A stretch of 62,999 bases of DNA, counting the filler, from Sphacelaria rigidula (Eukaryota), in NCBI GenBank assembly GCA_964200075.2. It is 7 parts of 7 records of this genome, joined end to end, with 100 filler letters (N's around TTAATTAATTAA, not from the genome) between each part and the next. Parts side by side here need not be neighbours in the genome. Positions count along the whole stretch, not along the records: positions 45,074 to 53,986 come from CAXNAA020009767.1; positions 54,087 to 62,999 come from CAXNAA020009768.1; 5 more parts are not named here. One strand, 5' to 3'. The notes beneath the pieces were generated by a model. The model was given only the letters and a program-made list of their open reading frames with translations, ran no database searches and was not told where the DNA came from. Below are positions 47,053 through 59,284 of this stretch, piece by piece. Position 1 is the first letter of the stretch, and each line of letters begins with the position of its first letter. The translations under genes were made by a program, and so were the position numbers.

Positions 47053-49684
47053 CACAAGTCGGACGATTTGACTCACTTTTGCTGGAGTTAACTCATCTTT
47101 GTATGATTCAGCGGTTCTGATTTGTACTGGCTGAGTTACATGGTATACCCCAGCGGTCTCATGACATGTCCACTTGATGAATTAGACCAACTTCTATGAC
47201 AGTCACCAATCTTGATTTTTATGCAGATCGCGGGACCAAAAATGGGGGAACGCATGTTATGAACCCCAATCTGGGCAATATCGGGGGATCGAAAATTGGG
47301 GGTGTCACGATTTCAGAACGATTGTCCCCGATTTGTAATAGTCGGGGGAAAGCTGAGGTCCCCCCGACTTCGAGGAAGGTGACGCATGAACATTGACGTA
47401 CGATGGTAAGGTACGACGCGTTTGACATTTTTGCAACCGCAGCAGAAGACCGTCTCGTGACAGCGCAGGGCGTGCCTGCCCGCGCCAGCTCCTGAAGCAG
47501 CTTCGCACGGGGTTTGACAAGCGGATAATAAGCGTTGACGCCGTATCCTGCGACGATGGTAATATTGCATGCATAGCGCTGCCATATGTTTCATCATAAC
47601 GAACCGTACTGTACTATGCTAGTCTGTTGTCGCTGTACTTGGAAGGTGATGTGCGGCACTGTACTACTGAACTCTTTTCGCACACTATTCACTGTTCTCG
47701 CAAAATACAAAATACCGACTGTGTCATCATGTATTACCACACGGCATTATCATGTACTGTTATGGGGGTGAATGGGGCCCGATTTTGGGCACTATATATC
47801 TGTAAAATGGACCGACCACTGTCCACTGCAGAAAAACTGACCCGTAATCGAGCAATCGTATCAATCACACACACAGACGTCATCTCCGAATAACGATCTT
47901 GCTCATTTGAAATAAACTCTAACTTGAGTACATATTTACAAGCCTGCGAGTGGTCGGTGTCGCGGAAATGTAGTTGCTCCAGCGACTGCACTGATGTATT
48001 GTTGTGTGCTTGTACTGTTTAGCTGTTGCACTCGGGAAGCACACACCCACTACATTGCACCTCACATTCACCGTCCTTCTCAAATCAGCAGTCAAAAACA
48101 CGAAAAGTGGCAGTAGTTGCGGGCGTCACCCACAACACCAACCCCACTTAACCCTTGTACTCACATACCGCAAAAACGAAGCAGCAGAGAGTATTCAAAC
48201 AATTCGTGGAACATCCCCTTCAAAACGAAGCTTGTCCCATGTTGCATCGTCCACATATTGTTGTTAGTATTCACAGTCAGTTGCCGAAAACATCATTGCT
48301 GTCTCCCGACTGTGAAAGGGCCAAAGGACCGCAATAAAAATTGGGCGCATCGGCTTAGCTTATGCGTTGGAACCCCAACACTCTGGCATGAAACAGACGC
48401 GTAAAACTTTTCGGTGACCGCGTTGAGCCTTTCGGTGACCCCTTGAATTCTTTCTCAGCCTTCTCCGCGCGTTGAGGCGCCGCCTTGACCTTGCGCGCGG
48501 CCGCCAGGGCACAGATCAAGTCTTGACCGGTTCTTTCCTTGTACTTCGCCCATGCTTCGCGGGATTTCGATTTTCTCTTGAACTTCGAAATACCGTGCTT
48601 CTGAGAATTTCCCATTTTTCACCTCCGCAAAAGCTGCTGGTCCTCAACCCACAACTGCCGATTTCTCAACTCTGTTTTCTCGGCAACCAGGTGAAGGATT
48701 CGACTGCGGTTTGATGCGTGCGCTTCCCATACACCGGAACTATTCAGTGTGGCGACAGATTTCCGTACGCGTGCCCAGCACTTTAGAAACCGCTGCACCA
48801 AACACAAAATGTTCAGAAAAACGCGTTTCCTGCAACGTTCTGGGACTTTTTGGATCCCCTGTGGCGAATGGAGCAAACCTGCTTGCGCTGCTGTATAGGT
48901 GTTCTATGTGTGCTGGGGGCTGTTAAGTTCCAGAGGCCGCTGTGCTTCCTGTCTCGAGATAATTGCGATGAAAAAAATCACATATGTCGCATACTAAACC
49001 TGGGTAACTTGGGATGGAGCGTGTGTCATTTTCGGCACAGGTTCGGCACAGACTCGGCACAGGCCCGACCAGTCCATGACGTCTTCAATATCCGTCCGCA
49101 TTCAGTTTTCTTTTTGTGGGAACCGGATTTTTTATCGGTAAGGTCTTCATTCACCCCCATAACTGTAATGATGGAGTGTCCTGCACTGTATGACCCTAGG
49201 GCATCACGGTACGACATTGTACTCGAAGGATTATTCACCGCCTGCTCGCTCTTCGGCTTCACGAGTACGCTATACCGCACTCACTCAGAACATGACTGCG
49301 TGCAGAACTGTTTCACAAATCTGTGAGACCATAAAACGGTCCCCACGGATCTGAGTTTCGGAAAAATGAGCCTCCCCGATTTTGAAGAAATTGGGGTCTC
49401 CACAGAATCGAGATTTGTTCCCATAAAAGTCGGTCTTGTACGGCACAACTCAGGGGTGGCTATTTCCACTGGATGGGTTAAGCGGTGTAACTCAGCGGCA
49501 CCTGTTTCCATAGGCTCAAGTTTTGTATAGCTCCGCAGCAACTATTCCACCGGATGAGCTACAATATAACGTACAACCCCGTCATACCTATTTCCACAAG
49601 ATATGGTGTAACTCAGCAGAACCTACTTTTACTGGACGAGTTGAATCACATGACTGAGCTAACTCAAGAGTTGTCCGACGTGTG
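47053..49684 (-). mobile_element. hAT element (2632 bp) with decayed transposase-like coding sequence
   Basis: TIRs CACAAGTCGGAC and GTCCGACGTGTG. TSD AAAACGTT and AAAACATT (7/8). Minus-strand fragments PNLCRK*HTLH (CxxH-like) and QETRF / LCLVQRFLKCW resemble hAT transposase motifs. Confidence 0.8.
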
Positions 49685-50234
49685 AAAACATTCGTACAGT
49701 AATAGTGGTTCGGGTAAAGTGTTCGGAGCACGCGCCATTAAACCGCTGTTTTCCCGTCTAACTGGCATTTCGGCAATCTACAGCAGCAGTGCGCTGCACT
49801 TCTACTGCACTCTACGGCACCGGTAGGCCTCAGTATCGCTTGGCATATCCTCTGAAAACAGCCAGTATAGTACAGTACTGCAGGGGAATATCACCGGTAT
49901 GTGGTATACCACCCCCCTCCCGCACTCCCTCTGGGTAATGACCTGTCGGGACTTTTGGCGTAACGCTGGTATCGACAGTAATGTCTGTCTTGGAGTACGA
50001 AGTACGTCCCCCCCCCCCCCCACAAACCACTGCCGGATTATACGTTCTCGGGTCACAAAAACCCATCAACCTGACGTTTCATGCACCCTACCACACGGTA
50101 CACGGTACAGCACAGAACATTACGGTATAGCACAGAACAACACAGTAGTGGATTGATAGATAATAGTAGTACAGGACCGTATCATCGTACCATACTCTGT
50201 AATCTCCACTCCTATAACCCGACCCCATTCTCAC

Positions 50235-50576
50235 CTTCTCAACGTTGAGCATACACATCCAGAACTCGATTCGTCTATCCTCAGGCACCCCCGCACCCTT
50301 GGTCAGGCAAGCCTTTCTAGCTGGCCGCCCGAAACGATCTCGCATGGCCTTGCACACGAGCGACAACCTCAAGACATCCCGCAGGTCAATCATGGAAGCA
50401 AGGCGGACGGGGTTGGTGTCATTCGTTATTGCTGCCGTTAACGCGCCTCCGGCAGGGCTCTTCCGCATGTCCCCGGGCTCATCGTTGTTGACAGAAGAAC
50501 TCCCAGGGTTCTGGTGTGCCGTGCTGACAGCAGTGGTGGTGTATTCTGCGTTCAATTCCGAACGCGAAGCCGCCAT
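50235..50576 (-). CDS. TBC (Rab-GAP)-like protein, probable first coding exon
   Basis: gccATGG start, open to the AAG|GTGAGA donor (342 nt). Ends ...CLTKGAGVPEDRRIEFWMCMLNVEK, matching the TBC N-terminal GxPxxxRxxxWxxLL motif. Confidence 0.72.
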
Positions 50577-51433
50577 GGCTATTGACAACACAGAACACAG
50601 CAGCACTGCCGACAGTACCGTAGTTGATGAAGTTGTTGTTCGAATAGGCGTGGGCGTGTCCTCTTGTTCAAGTCTACAAGGCCAGAACTTAGACGTAAAG
50701 CACAGCGTGCTAGTTCAAGTGCTGCATCACGCAGACGGAGAGTTAAAGGTACCTGCGATGAGCTGTACCCAGGCGCAAACGACGTGCGCACATATGAAGA
50801 GGGATTGAGTGTGACAGCAGGCTTCGACTGAGATATCATGGGTGCAGGTTCTATGAAATAAGAAGGCAGACTAAGCAAGTTCATGTTATTTTCCAAACTA
50901 TATTGGATGTATGATGATTTTCGTTCTGGGTTCGCTGCAGTGCACCGACATGATTTCCTTACACAATTTGACATGTAACACGCATTTTATCTCAGTCTGA
51001 ATCTCTCATAGAAGCCTCAATGTCATCGCACTATCTGAGCTACATCTTCGTGCCCAAGTGCACTCTTCTCGTTGTCAACCTTCGCCTTTTTTCAATGTAT
51101 ATTGGGCCTGGTTACTCAGACGAGGTGATACAAGACGAGAATGATAATTTACGAACAAGATGTTACAGGTAGCGATAGAAGGGAGGTGAGAATGCCAGGG
51201 CATCATTCCCGCTGCATTCGTGTCCCTATATTATTGCATACGTTGAGGTCGTGGCTGTTCCAGGATGTATCCATGATTGTTGACAATCCACTCTACGGCC
51301 AACGGGATTCGACTGATCTAGTGTGAATACGAAAACAGCTAACATGTAATCTGGTGTACCGAAAATCAGTAAATCGACAACATAGGTCTCAGGCTAGCAG
51401 CGCACTTTCCGACTGATCCAGGAAGAAGCCACG

Positions 51434-52030
51434 ATGGTGGTATCACCGACTTTATCTTCGCTCCTCCCCCTTCTCTTGGCAGCAACGCTACTCACGCTAT
51501 CACACGGGCTGAGATTTAGAGGCAGCAGCAAAAACAACAACAGCAACAACAGTGATCGACATGTTCGCTGTTATTACAGACGGCCACTGCCAGCATCAGG
51601 AACAACACCAGCAAGGCAGTCCGATCCACTTTTCTCTTGCAAGATGGAGGTGTACACCTCCCGCCCTCGCACTACCTGGGCACCGTGGCAAAAACAAGGA
51701 CAGCACCACCATACGAAGGAACGACTGCATCAAAACAAGTGGGCCGCTACTACGCTACCAATTGATACGGACGACAACCGTGCCCTCCTCAGCAACGGAA
51801 ATCTTGCCAGCACCATGGAAACTACGGCGGCGCTGACGGCCGCAACGATCTCCGAGACAGCTGGTCCTTCTCCTGAAGGAAATTCGATTTCTGCGGACGG
51901 CTCTCGACAGCCGAATCTTGCGGCATACTGGGCCCTGCTGAGACCTCACAACATTCCCGCGTCCTTTGGCTTGGTGGCCGCTGGGGCATTGGTGGCTTCA
52001 CACAGCACGACGTCGTTGTTGGATTTAAAG
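51434..52030 (+). CDS. UbiA-superfamily prenyltransferase exon 1 (signal peptide, long S/T-rich extension, first TM region)
   Basis: 199 codons. Hydrophobic signal LLPLLLAATLLTLSHG, motif YWALLRPHN, donor AAG|GTTTGT (phase 0). Confidence 0.85.
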
Positions 52031-53316
52031 GTTTGTTGGAGAAGGTGGGGGAGAGGGGCGAGGGGCGAGGGGCGATTTGAGGGCGAGGTTGTCTGCAGTG
52101 TCGACAAGTCAAAGAGTATACGTGTTGAAGTGCGGACAGATAAAAAGTCGGCGCCGGCCACGATAAGATTGTTCTGATTGACGGTATTGCTCCACGGACT
52201 TGTGTCTGCTCGTTGACTGTGAGTAATATAGTTTGCCACACTAAAGTGCTGTTCTCCTGCTGTGTATGGGTCGTTTTGCGAAATCGTGTAGGTGGCACAG
52301 TCAGTGGACTGAGAGTTGTATGTGTTCCATGTGTCTTCGTCTGGTGGAACAAAAAATAGTCAGGAGAAAGAAGGAGATTTTTGGCGGATAATTTCCATAG
52401 TATTTTTAAATTTTGAAAAAAGGTGTGAACTTGCCGCTCCGCCTACAGTATTTCCACTCAAAATGACCTCACACCATTACCGACACCTCTCCTACGTAAG
52501 AACCTCGTGATGGAACGCGATGGAATCATCCGCAGAGCTTAGGAAGACGTGTGCTAGCTAACGGTACGGGGGGAGATATAAGCCCCACCCATACGAGAGG
52601 AGAGGGTAGCTATTATAGCAAAGGGGTGGACCGATTGCGTGGACTGGTTGTGCGGGTGACGTGTTTGGTGAAGTTGATGTCATTCTTTGCAATTTCGGTC
52701 CACATTTTTTTGGTGTCGTTCGGCCATCCTTTTCAGCGTGTTGGTCGGGGTGTTGAACATACCAGACATGCATCAAATAGAAGCAATCTGCTGTGGCACC
52801 GATACTCAGCATGGTGACATGACATGGTGTTTTGTCGATGATATGTTTCACCATCCAAGTGTACAAATTACAGCTGAGCTAGAGCTTGTGACTCTTGCTT
52901 ATGAAACTAAAGTATATTTATTCTGCATGATCCGTACGAGAGAGGATCACCAACCCATACTCTCACGAGTATTTTGACGATTTTTCACCTTGGACAAGGA
53001 GTGCTCGGCAGTTGTAATACTCGTAGAAGACAAATGTTCTGCGTAAAGTATAGCTCTACTGCAATTGCTGTTCGTTCATGGCTTTCTATTTCAACTCCAA
53101 CACAATCTCTTTTGACCACCCACTGTTGTCCGAGGTGTGCAATTTTTCCATGAAAGCGTAGCAACACTTTGAACTTGGACTGGTACAACAGTACAATCTA
53201 ATACAGACAGGCAGTAGTAGAAGAATGCAACCCAACTCTCTTCAGCTGTTTTATTAACCGACCTCGCCCCCTCGTACCCCCTCCCTCCCTCTTCAATGGA
53301 TGCCGTTATAAATTAG

Positions 53317-53409
53317 GTGATATTTACCGGCGTTGCAGCCGCCGCCATATCTGTGGGTTCATGCGTGCTCAACGACTGGTTCGACATCGAACTGGACCGG
53401 GTGAACAAG
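53317..53409 (+). CDS. UbiA-superfamily prenyltransferase exon 2 (VIFTGVAAAAISVGSCVLNDWFDIELDRVNK)
   Basis: TTAG acceptor, AAG|GTACAA donor, phase 0-0. NDxxDxxxDxxN is the first Asp-rich motif of UbiA enzymes. Confidence 0.93.
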
Positions 53410-53986
53410 GTACAATCTCATTGTAGACAGACGCACCAATTCTGCTGGAGTTCAACTCTGTGTCTGTCTGCTACATGTTCCACATTTTCATCCCTGCTAA
53501 GTTGCGCAGAATAATACCTGTGTACCTTGGTCGCCATTTTTTGGACAGTTTTGAGGTACAACAGGGAGTGAGCGGCTGGTGCCAATTGTTCCCGTCCCCG
53601 ACCAACGGGACGTGGACGATAAGCTTGCAAAGATGCAGTTCGTGGTAGTACATCAGTACCGTCAGTCAATGATGACGTTTTGAAATAATGATTTTCAGCT
53701 CTACACGCCGTCCCTGCGAGTGCAATTGAGAAAATGACGCACGCAGCATGATATATGCATCCACGGTGTTACCCAGGAACCGTACATGAGCCAGTGGCGA
53801 ATTCGAGTTCATGTTTTGCCTTCACGTCCCTCGCATTATCTCTCTCTTTATCTCATACATGCATGTACAGCCTCTCACGCCGCCTCTATTTTTCCTATGT
53901 ACCCCCCCCCTCCCCCCCCCCGTCAATTCAGCCGGGGCCGTCGAGAACCCGGCGGCCCCCCCCCCCGCTTCGTGGGGGGGGGCCCC

Positions 53987-54086
53987 NNNNNNNNNNNNNN
54001 NNNNNNNNNNNNNNNNNNNNNNNNNNNNNNTTAATTAATTAANNNNNNNNNNNNNNNNNNNNNNNNNNNNNNNNNNNNNNNNNNNN
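53987..54086. other. Artificial contig spacer
   Basis: N44-TTAATTAATTAA-N44. Confidence 0.99.
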
Positions 54087-54861
54087 ACTCCTTGAAGGTG
54101 ATTCCGGCCCTACACCCGCCGAAAATACCCTCCCCACGCCGTACCGACAAGATCGGTCATGGCCTTCGTTGGAGGACGGGGAACGGGGCAACAAATACTC
54201 TACTCAAAGTTTGAGTAGGTTTGCTCCAAGGGTCAGCTAGCCTCTTCTTAGAGCTATCTCAAACTCGGCTCCCGGTATCCTGGGTTATTCGCTGGCTCTG
54301 AGTTGTGTGCTATTTTTTCAAGTGAAAGTGATCGTGATTCATAAGAGGACCTGACCTGGCGGTCAAAGGGTCTCATCATCTGATGAACCGGCATCACTTT
54401 CAGTACAGGAAATAGAACAAAACCAACCAGGATACCGGGGGTCGAGTTTGAGATACCTCTATTATGCTACAACCCAAAGTGTCGTGGAACAATTTGAAAG
54501 GTCCCCGTGAGCGCCGTTCGAATAAAGTGGTCGCTCTCAATTGGATCTTCAACTCTCAGTCTCACAAAAACATTGTTCAACACCGTTGTCACACACACAC
54601 ACACACACACACTCATATCCGTGCGAACAAGGGCAGTTGCGCCAAGATGCAATCGTCGGTCAGGAGTGTAATCGGAGTATCATGTACGGCTTATTACTTC
54701 CAGCACAGTAGTAGAGATTACGCTTGGGGCTTCGTAGCGGAGAACCCACGACCATGAAGAAAATCTTGGCATGCATAGAGCAATGCTACGGCAGGAATTA
54801 CACTTTTTGGTTCTGGGGCTCTCCTTGTAGGAGCATAAGTATTCGGGGCTTACTACTGTAT

Positions 54862-56617
54862 TGTTGATAGCACCGCGACTAGTTTAGGCGCCGTGTCCGT
54901 CCTTTGAGGATTTTTTTTTACGGAAAGGTGGGAGCGGCACGGCACGGGTGTATTTCGTGCGCAAAATACATGGTATGGGCACGTTGCACCTCAACTCCCA
55001 CCGGCGGGGTATTGTCATCTTCTGTTTCTAGAGCTTACGTCACATCAGCTCAATTCCTTAAGAGCATTAGTTCTTTCTCTCCGACCCGTGGTCACAGGGT
55101 GCAAGGAGCCAAAATGGTAAAGTACACAAAAAGAACGAGCCCGCAAAAACCGATCGAATTACAAGCAACACACTGCAAGCTGACAAATTACCGACGTGCG
55201 ATCTAGACTACCAAATTACCACCTACTGCTGCATATACGCGTAGAAACAGCATACGCAGGAATCGACATGTTGCAGACAGCGAAAACCATCCGGTAATAG
55301 GCCTGGTAATACTAGAAAAGATCCCAGGTTCAAGGAAATGAGGAAATAGCTTCATCACCGAAGCATCAACTCACTTGGCTCGACATCAATATCAAGTGAG
55401 TTGATCACCCTATTATTAGTTCGGTGTAACTACCCAGAGCTAATCCAAAGTTCGACAAACTCATATCTTCTTGCCCTAGAAGCAGAAAATTCGTCATGTA
55501 TAGGAAATAGTTTAAAACTTCGGCCATATAGAACTCAGGACACTCTGGACCCCCCCTATTATTGGCCCCCAAACGGCACCGGGAAGAAGTTGATTTGACC
55601 ACGATACTGTACAGAAGACGACACAAAGCCGAAAGAACCGGAGCTCAAGATGAGAAGAAACGATGTCGCAAAAAAGTCACAGATGGTGCCGGACGCTGAC
55701 ATGGATGACGTCGGATGTGACGAAGTCCGTCACGTTCCGAGTGTAGGCATCTGGTTTTGGAGCGCATCACGGTAGAAAGAAGGCGGGCAAGGGGCAAAGA
55801 AAAGGAACGTAGAGACGTGAACAAGCGTGCAGGCTGGAGATTGCACTGAGGCATGTTGAACGCAAAAAAAAGGGCTGCCACCGATGACAGCAAGCATTGA
55901 AGGTGGGAGAGGGCAGGATGAAAATGGGACCATACATGGTGCAGAGGGGGTTGAACGGGGAAAAGGAATGTGTAGTTGTGGTACTTACCGTAAACGGTGG
56001 TTCAGTTTCCGGCTCCGCTTCTGGTAGCCGTGGGTCGAGTACCCTGTCAGGTAGGATTGGGTTTCTTCTTTTCGGGTGGAGGGTCAGTTTTGCTTAGTGT
56101 CGTCACAGGGTCGCCTCCGGGAGGGGAGAGGGAATAAGTATTGACTCGCGGTACTTTCCGAGGTGTGGAGTTGTCGTTTCTCGAGGCAAACGCCTCTTTC
56201 TCCTGCAACAAATGCCGTTGGAAATCCGAAAGAAGCTCGGTGATATGGAGTGCTGACCCCGATGTCCGCGCCACACGCAAGGCCGAGGAAGGGGACCTGT
56301 TTCCTGGCCCCCTTCAAAACTGGCTTTGTCTCCTGGGATACAGACGCGTAGGTAGTACACACGGAGCACCTGCCGATGTTGAACGAATCGGGGGAAGGAC
56401 GAAGGGACGGTTGCGAAACGTTTAGCGAGGAAAGTACGGAAGGAGATATAGTTGTACTGTGAGTGAATGCGTGACGAACGGGTGTTAAAAGCAACGATGT
56501 CAAGTAGGTGGTAAAGGAAGGAAGTGGGACAAAAGGCTGCTTTTGGTGATCAGGTTACTCCTCGATGAACTTACAGTGGGAAAACCACCGGCTTGTTACT
56601 AACTGTGGTATTCTACA
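54862..56617. mobile_element. LTR-like repeat, copy 2 (internal deletion relative to copy 1)
   Basis: Begins TGTTGATAG and ends TTCTACA (TG...CA). Inverted homologue of 38954-40967. Confidence 0.7.
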
Positions 56618-58385
56618 CAAGCGAGTACAGCATGTAGGAGGGTTTTGTATTGCGTCAGCACAAAGAAGGTAGGAGTTCCCTTCTAGCGCCCCGTTCCCCA
56701 TGTGTGTTGAATCGTGGGCTGAAAATGGGTGGTGTCAACTCCTGCGGGAAAGTACACCGAACACATGCATTAAATGGACTGGGAACTGGACCAGTTAATA
56801 CTGTATATCTTCATTGTAACTGGAGTTAAACTGGATATGGCTACGAGAGCGCCAGTTGTCCAGTTAATCTGGAGGTGTTGTGCCGCTTGTCGTTACCAAG
56901 TATTTTTATATCAGTTTTATTATGTGGAGTTTAAAACAAATAAACACTTGATATAATTAGACTGTACGATTGAAGTCTGCAGGCTACAGCAGCCCAGGTA
57001 CCACAAACTTTGTTGGTATCTAGTTGTTCTGCAATTTTCATAACCATTTACGATATTTGCAGGGAAAATAGGCCGGACACCGTAATTCCTTCTGCCTCGG
57101 GCGGCGCTCCTGCGTGGTACCCCCCACCAGCCGGGAGGGGCGATTAACTGGGAAAGAAATCGATGTACTGGCAACTGGCGCGGCCAGTATCGCCCGAACT
57201 GAACAGAGCTGATTGTTAACAGCCCTTACAATAACGCTGTGTTTTTCGTAGGGTTAGGGTGTGTTCGGTAGGGTATGAGAGTCTTCACAAATCTTACAGA
57301 ACTGACGAGTACCGCGATGAAATTCATAATTCGAGAACCATAAGTATTTAATTTTCACAAGAGGAACATAGTGGTGGATCAGAGCGTAGCGGGATCTGAG
57401 GGTTGTGGGTCGGGGCGAATTTTTACAATATGCAATAGCCAGCCGGCTTGCAGTCAAGTACGAATCCGATTATGCATAACCGGATTTACATTGCTGTTCC
57501 GGTCGACGGAGGAAAGAATGAAACAGCTGTCACTTGGCTGTCATGTAGGGTTGTATATCAACTATGTTCAGGGGTTGATTTGATTCTTGATTTTTCTTCC
57601 AAATCGGCTTGATTAAATCCTGATCAGTTGATTCAATCAACTAATCAACAACACGTCAATTAAATCAACTAACTTGATTAGTTGATTTTTTTCGGTAGAA
57701 TTTCAGCAGCACACAAGCCAAAAATCGGCTGAATTTTGTCGTGTGACAATATAGAGCACACGAGCACGCATACGCAAGCCCACAGCAGCAGCACAGCAAT
57801 CTTGTGTTCAATATTTCAACTTAATCTGCTGCATCGGTACTCAAGCACCCCGTCTCCCTGCACTACCCCTGTATTTTACGTCGAAGCGCTCTCAATTATG
57901 GAACAAGTACGCCTCAAAACTGTCTGTCAAAAAAAAACGAAAGTAGTAGCCAGATTGCACGAAGGTGCTTCTTGACGTTTACACTTGAAATGGTCAATGC
58001 TACCGTATTTGTGCCGGTACGTTGCAATTTGCTGTCAGGATGTTTCGTACGGTCAGTATATGTGCTTCAAGGACGTACGGGTGTTATAGGAACAATGGTC
58101 TATGATTTTTGGTTATGTCTACTACACCATCAATGACCTTGGTCCACGTGCATTGCAAGCCCCGCTTGGAATCGCTGCACGACCCGGCTCGGTCGACCCC
58201 CGTTTTCTTTCAGTCGACCGGCTTTGCACACATGAATATTCCGGGCTTCACGAGCTACGTTTTCCCAAATATCACACCATGGATGCGAAAGAAGTGACCG
58301 AAGTTCACGAGGAAAACAAACGAAAAAAGTTGAATCCATTCGAATTCGAATTATGATATGCCTTACATGAGGAATGAAAAAAAAA

Positions 58386-58860
58386 CGAATTCATGGTCGA
58401 CGAGGGCAAGGGAGTGCTGAACCCTCCCTCGATGAAAAAAAGAAGGCAAGCACCGCAGAACAAAGGTGGAGCAAGCAATGCTACGGTAGGGGTGCACAGA
58501 ATGTTTCTGGGTAGGGGTACCGGATGGAGACTACAGTAATGCCGCGATAACCCCCCCCCAAAACAAAACAAATACAGGCATAAACTGGGCTGGATTGGAG
58601 GTGTATGCGATACTCTGCGACCAAGTATGTGCGATTCATGAGACATGTCACCGGTCCAACAACACAGCGAGGGAAGGCCTCAGACAAGATTTCGCGAAAA
58701 AAGTGCACCCCTACCGTAGCATTGCTCGAGAACTCGAACAAATGACAAAGGACAAGAAGTCCTGTGTTGGCCTTCCTCCTGTGTTACCCCGGCTGGTGCG
58801 CCCACATATACCAGAAGGTATAGACTGGCGTCTAGAATAGATGGGATGACAACACACACA
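58386..58860 (+). mobile_element. SINE copy split by ~280 bp of other sequence
   Basis: SINE body at 58386-58472, resuming at ~58760-58860 with the GACAACACACAC tail. Confidence 0.7.
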
Positions 58861-58953
58861 ATCATTCTGCGACAGGCGACCCTCATATCAGCCCCCGAAA
58901 CTGTCACGGAAAAAAAGAATTGCGGGGCACTCCAGCTTTTTTCATACAGCATG

Positions 58954-59284
58954 CACACGCGGCCATTTGGCGACCCCCAAAATTACTCTAGGTCGGTCAA
59001 CTTTTCGAGCCTCCAGAGGAATTAAACGCCCCCGGAGGTGTGCGCGGCCCTCCAGAGGAATTTTTTGGTTTCCTCCACATGGATTAAACGCCTCCAGAGG
59101 CTTGTTTTTGCCTTTGGAGGGCCGCACATGCCCCAAATTCCTGCGGAGGGGTGCGCGGCCCTCCAGGACGGTAGAGGTTTGCTTCCTCCAGAGGGGTTGA
59201 AAGCCTCCGGAGGCTTGTTTTGCCTCTGGAGGGCCCCGCATCCCTCCGGAGGCATTTAGGGGGGTAGCCAAATGGCCGCGTGTG
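58954..59284. mobile_element. MITE with CACACGCGGCCATTTGGC TIRs and internal CCTCCAGAGG repeats
   Basis: 18-bp perfect inverted termini, TG on both sides (possible 2-bp TSD), about 10 CCTCCAGAGG/CCTCCGGAGG quasi-palindromic motifs. Confidence 0.8.

Noticed and set aside
50245..50808. 187-aa plus-strand ORF
   Set aside because: Antisense shadow of the TBC-like exon.
2742..53409. ATG8 + TBC + ankyrin + prenyltransferase as an autophagy or trafficking cluster
   Set aside because: The genes are on separate contigs joined only by size order. Only the TBC-like and prenyltransferase genes are truly adjacent.
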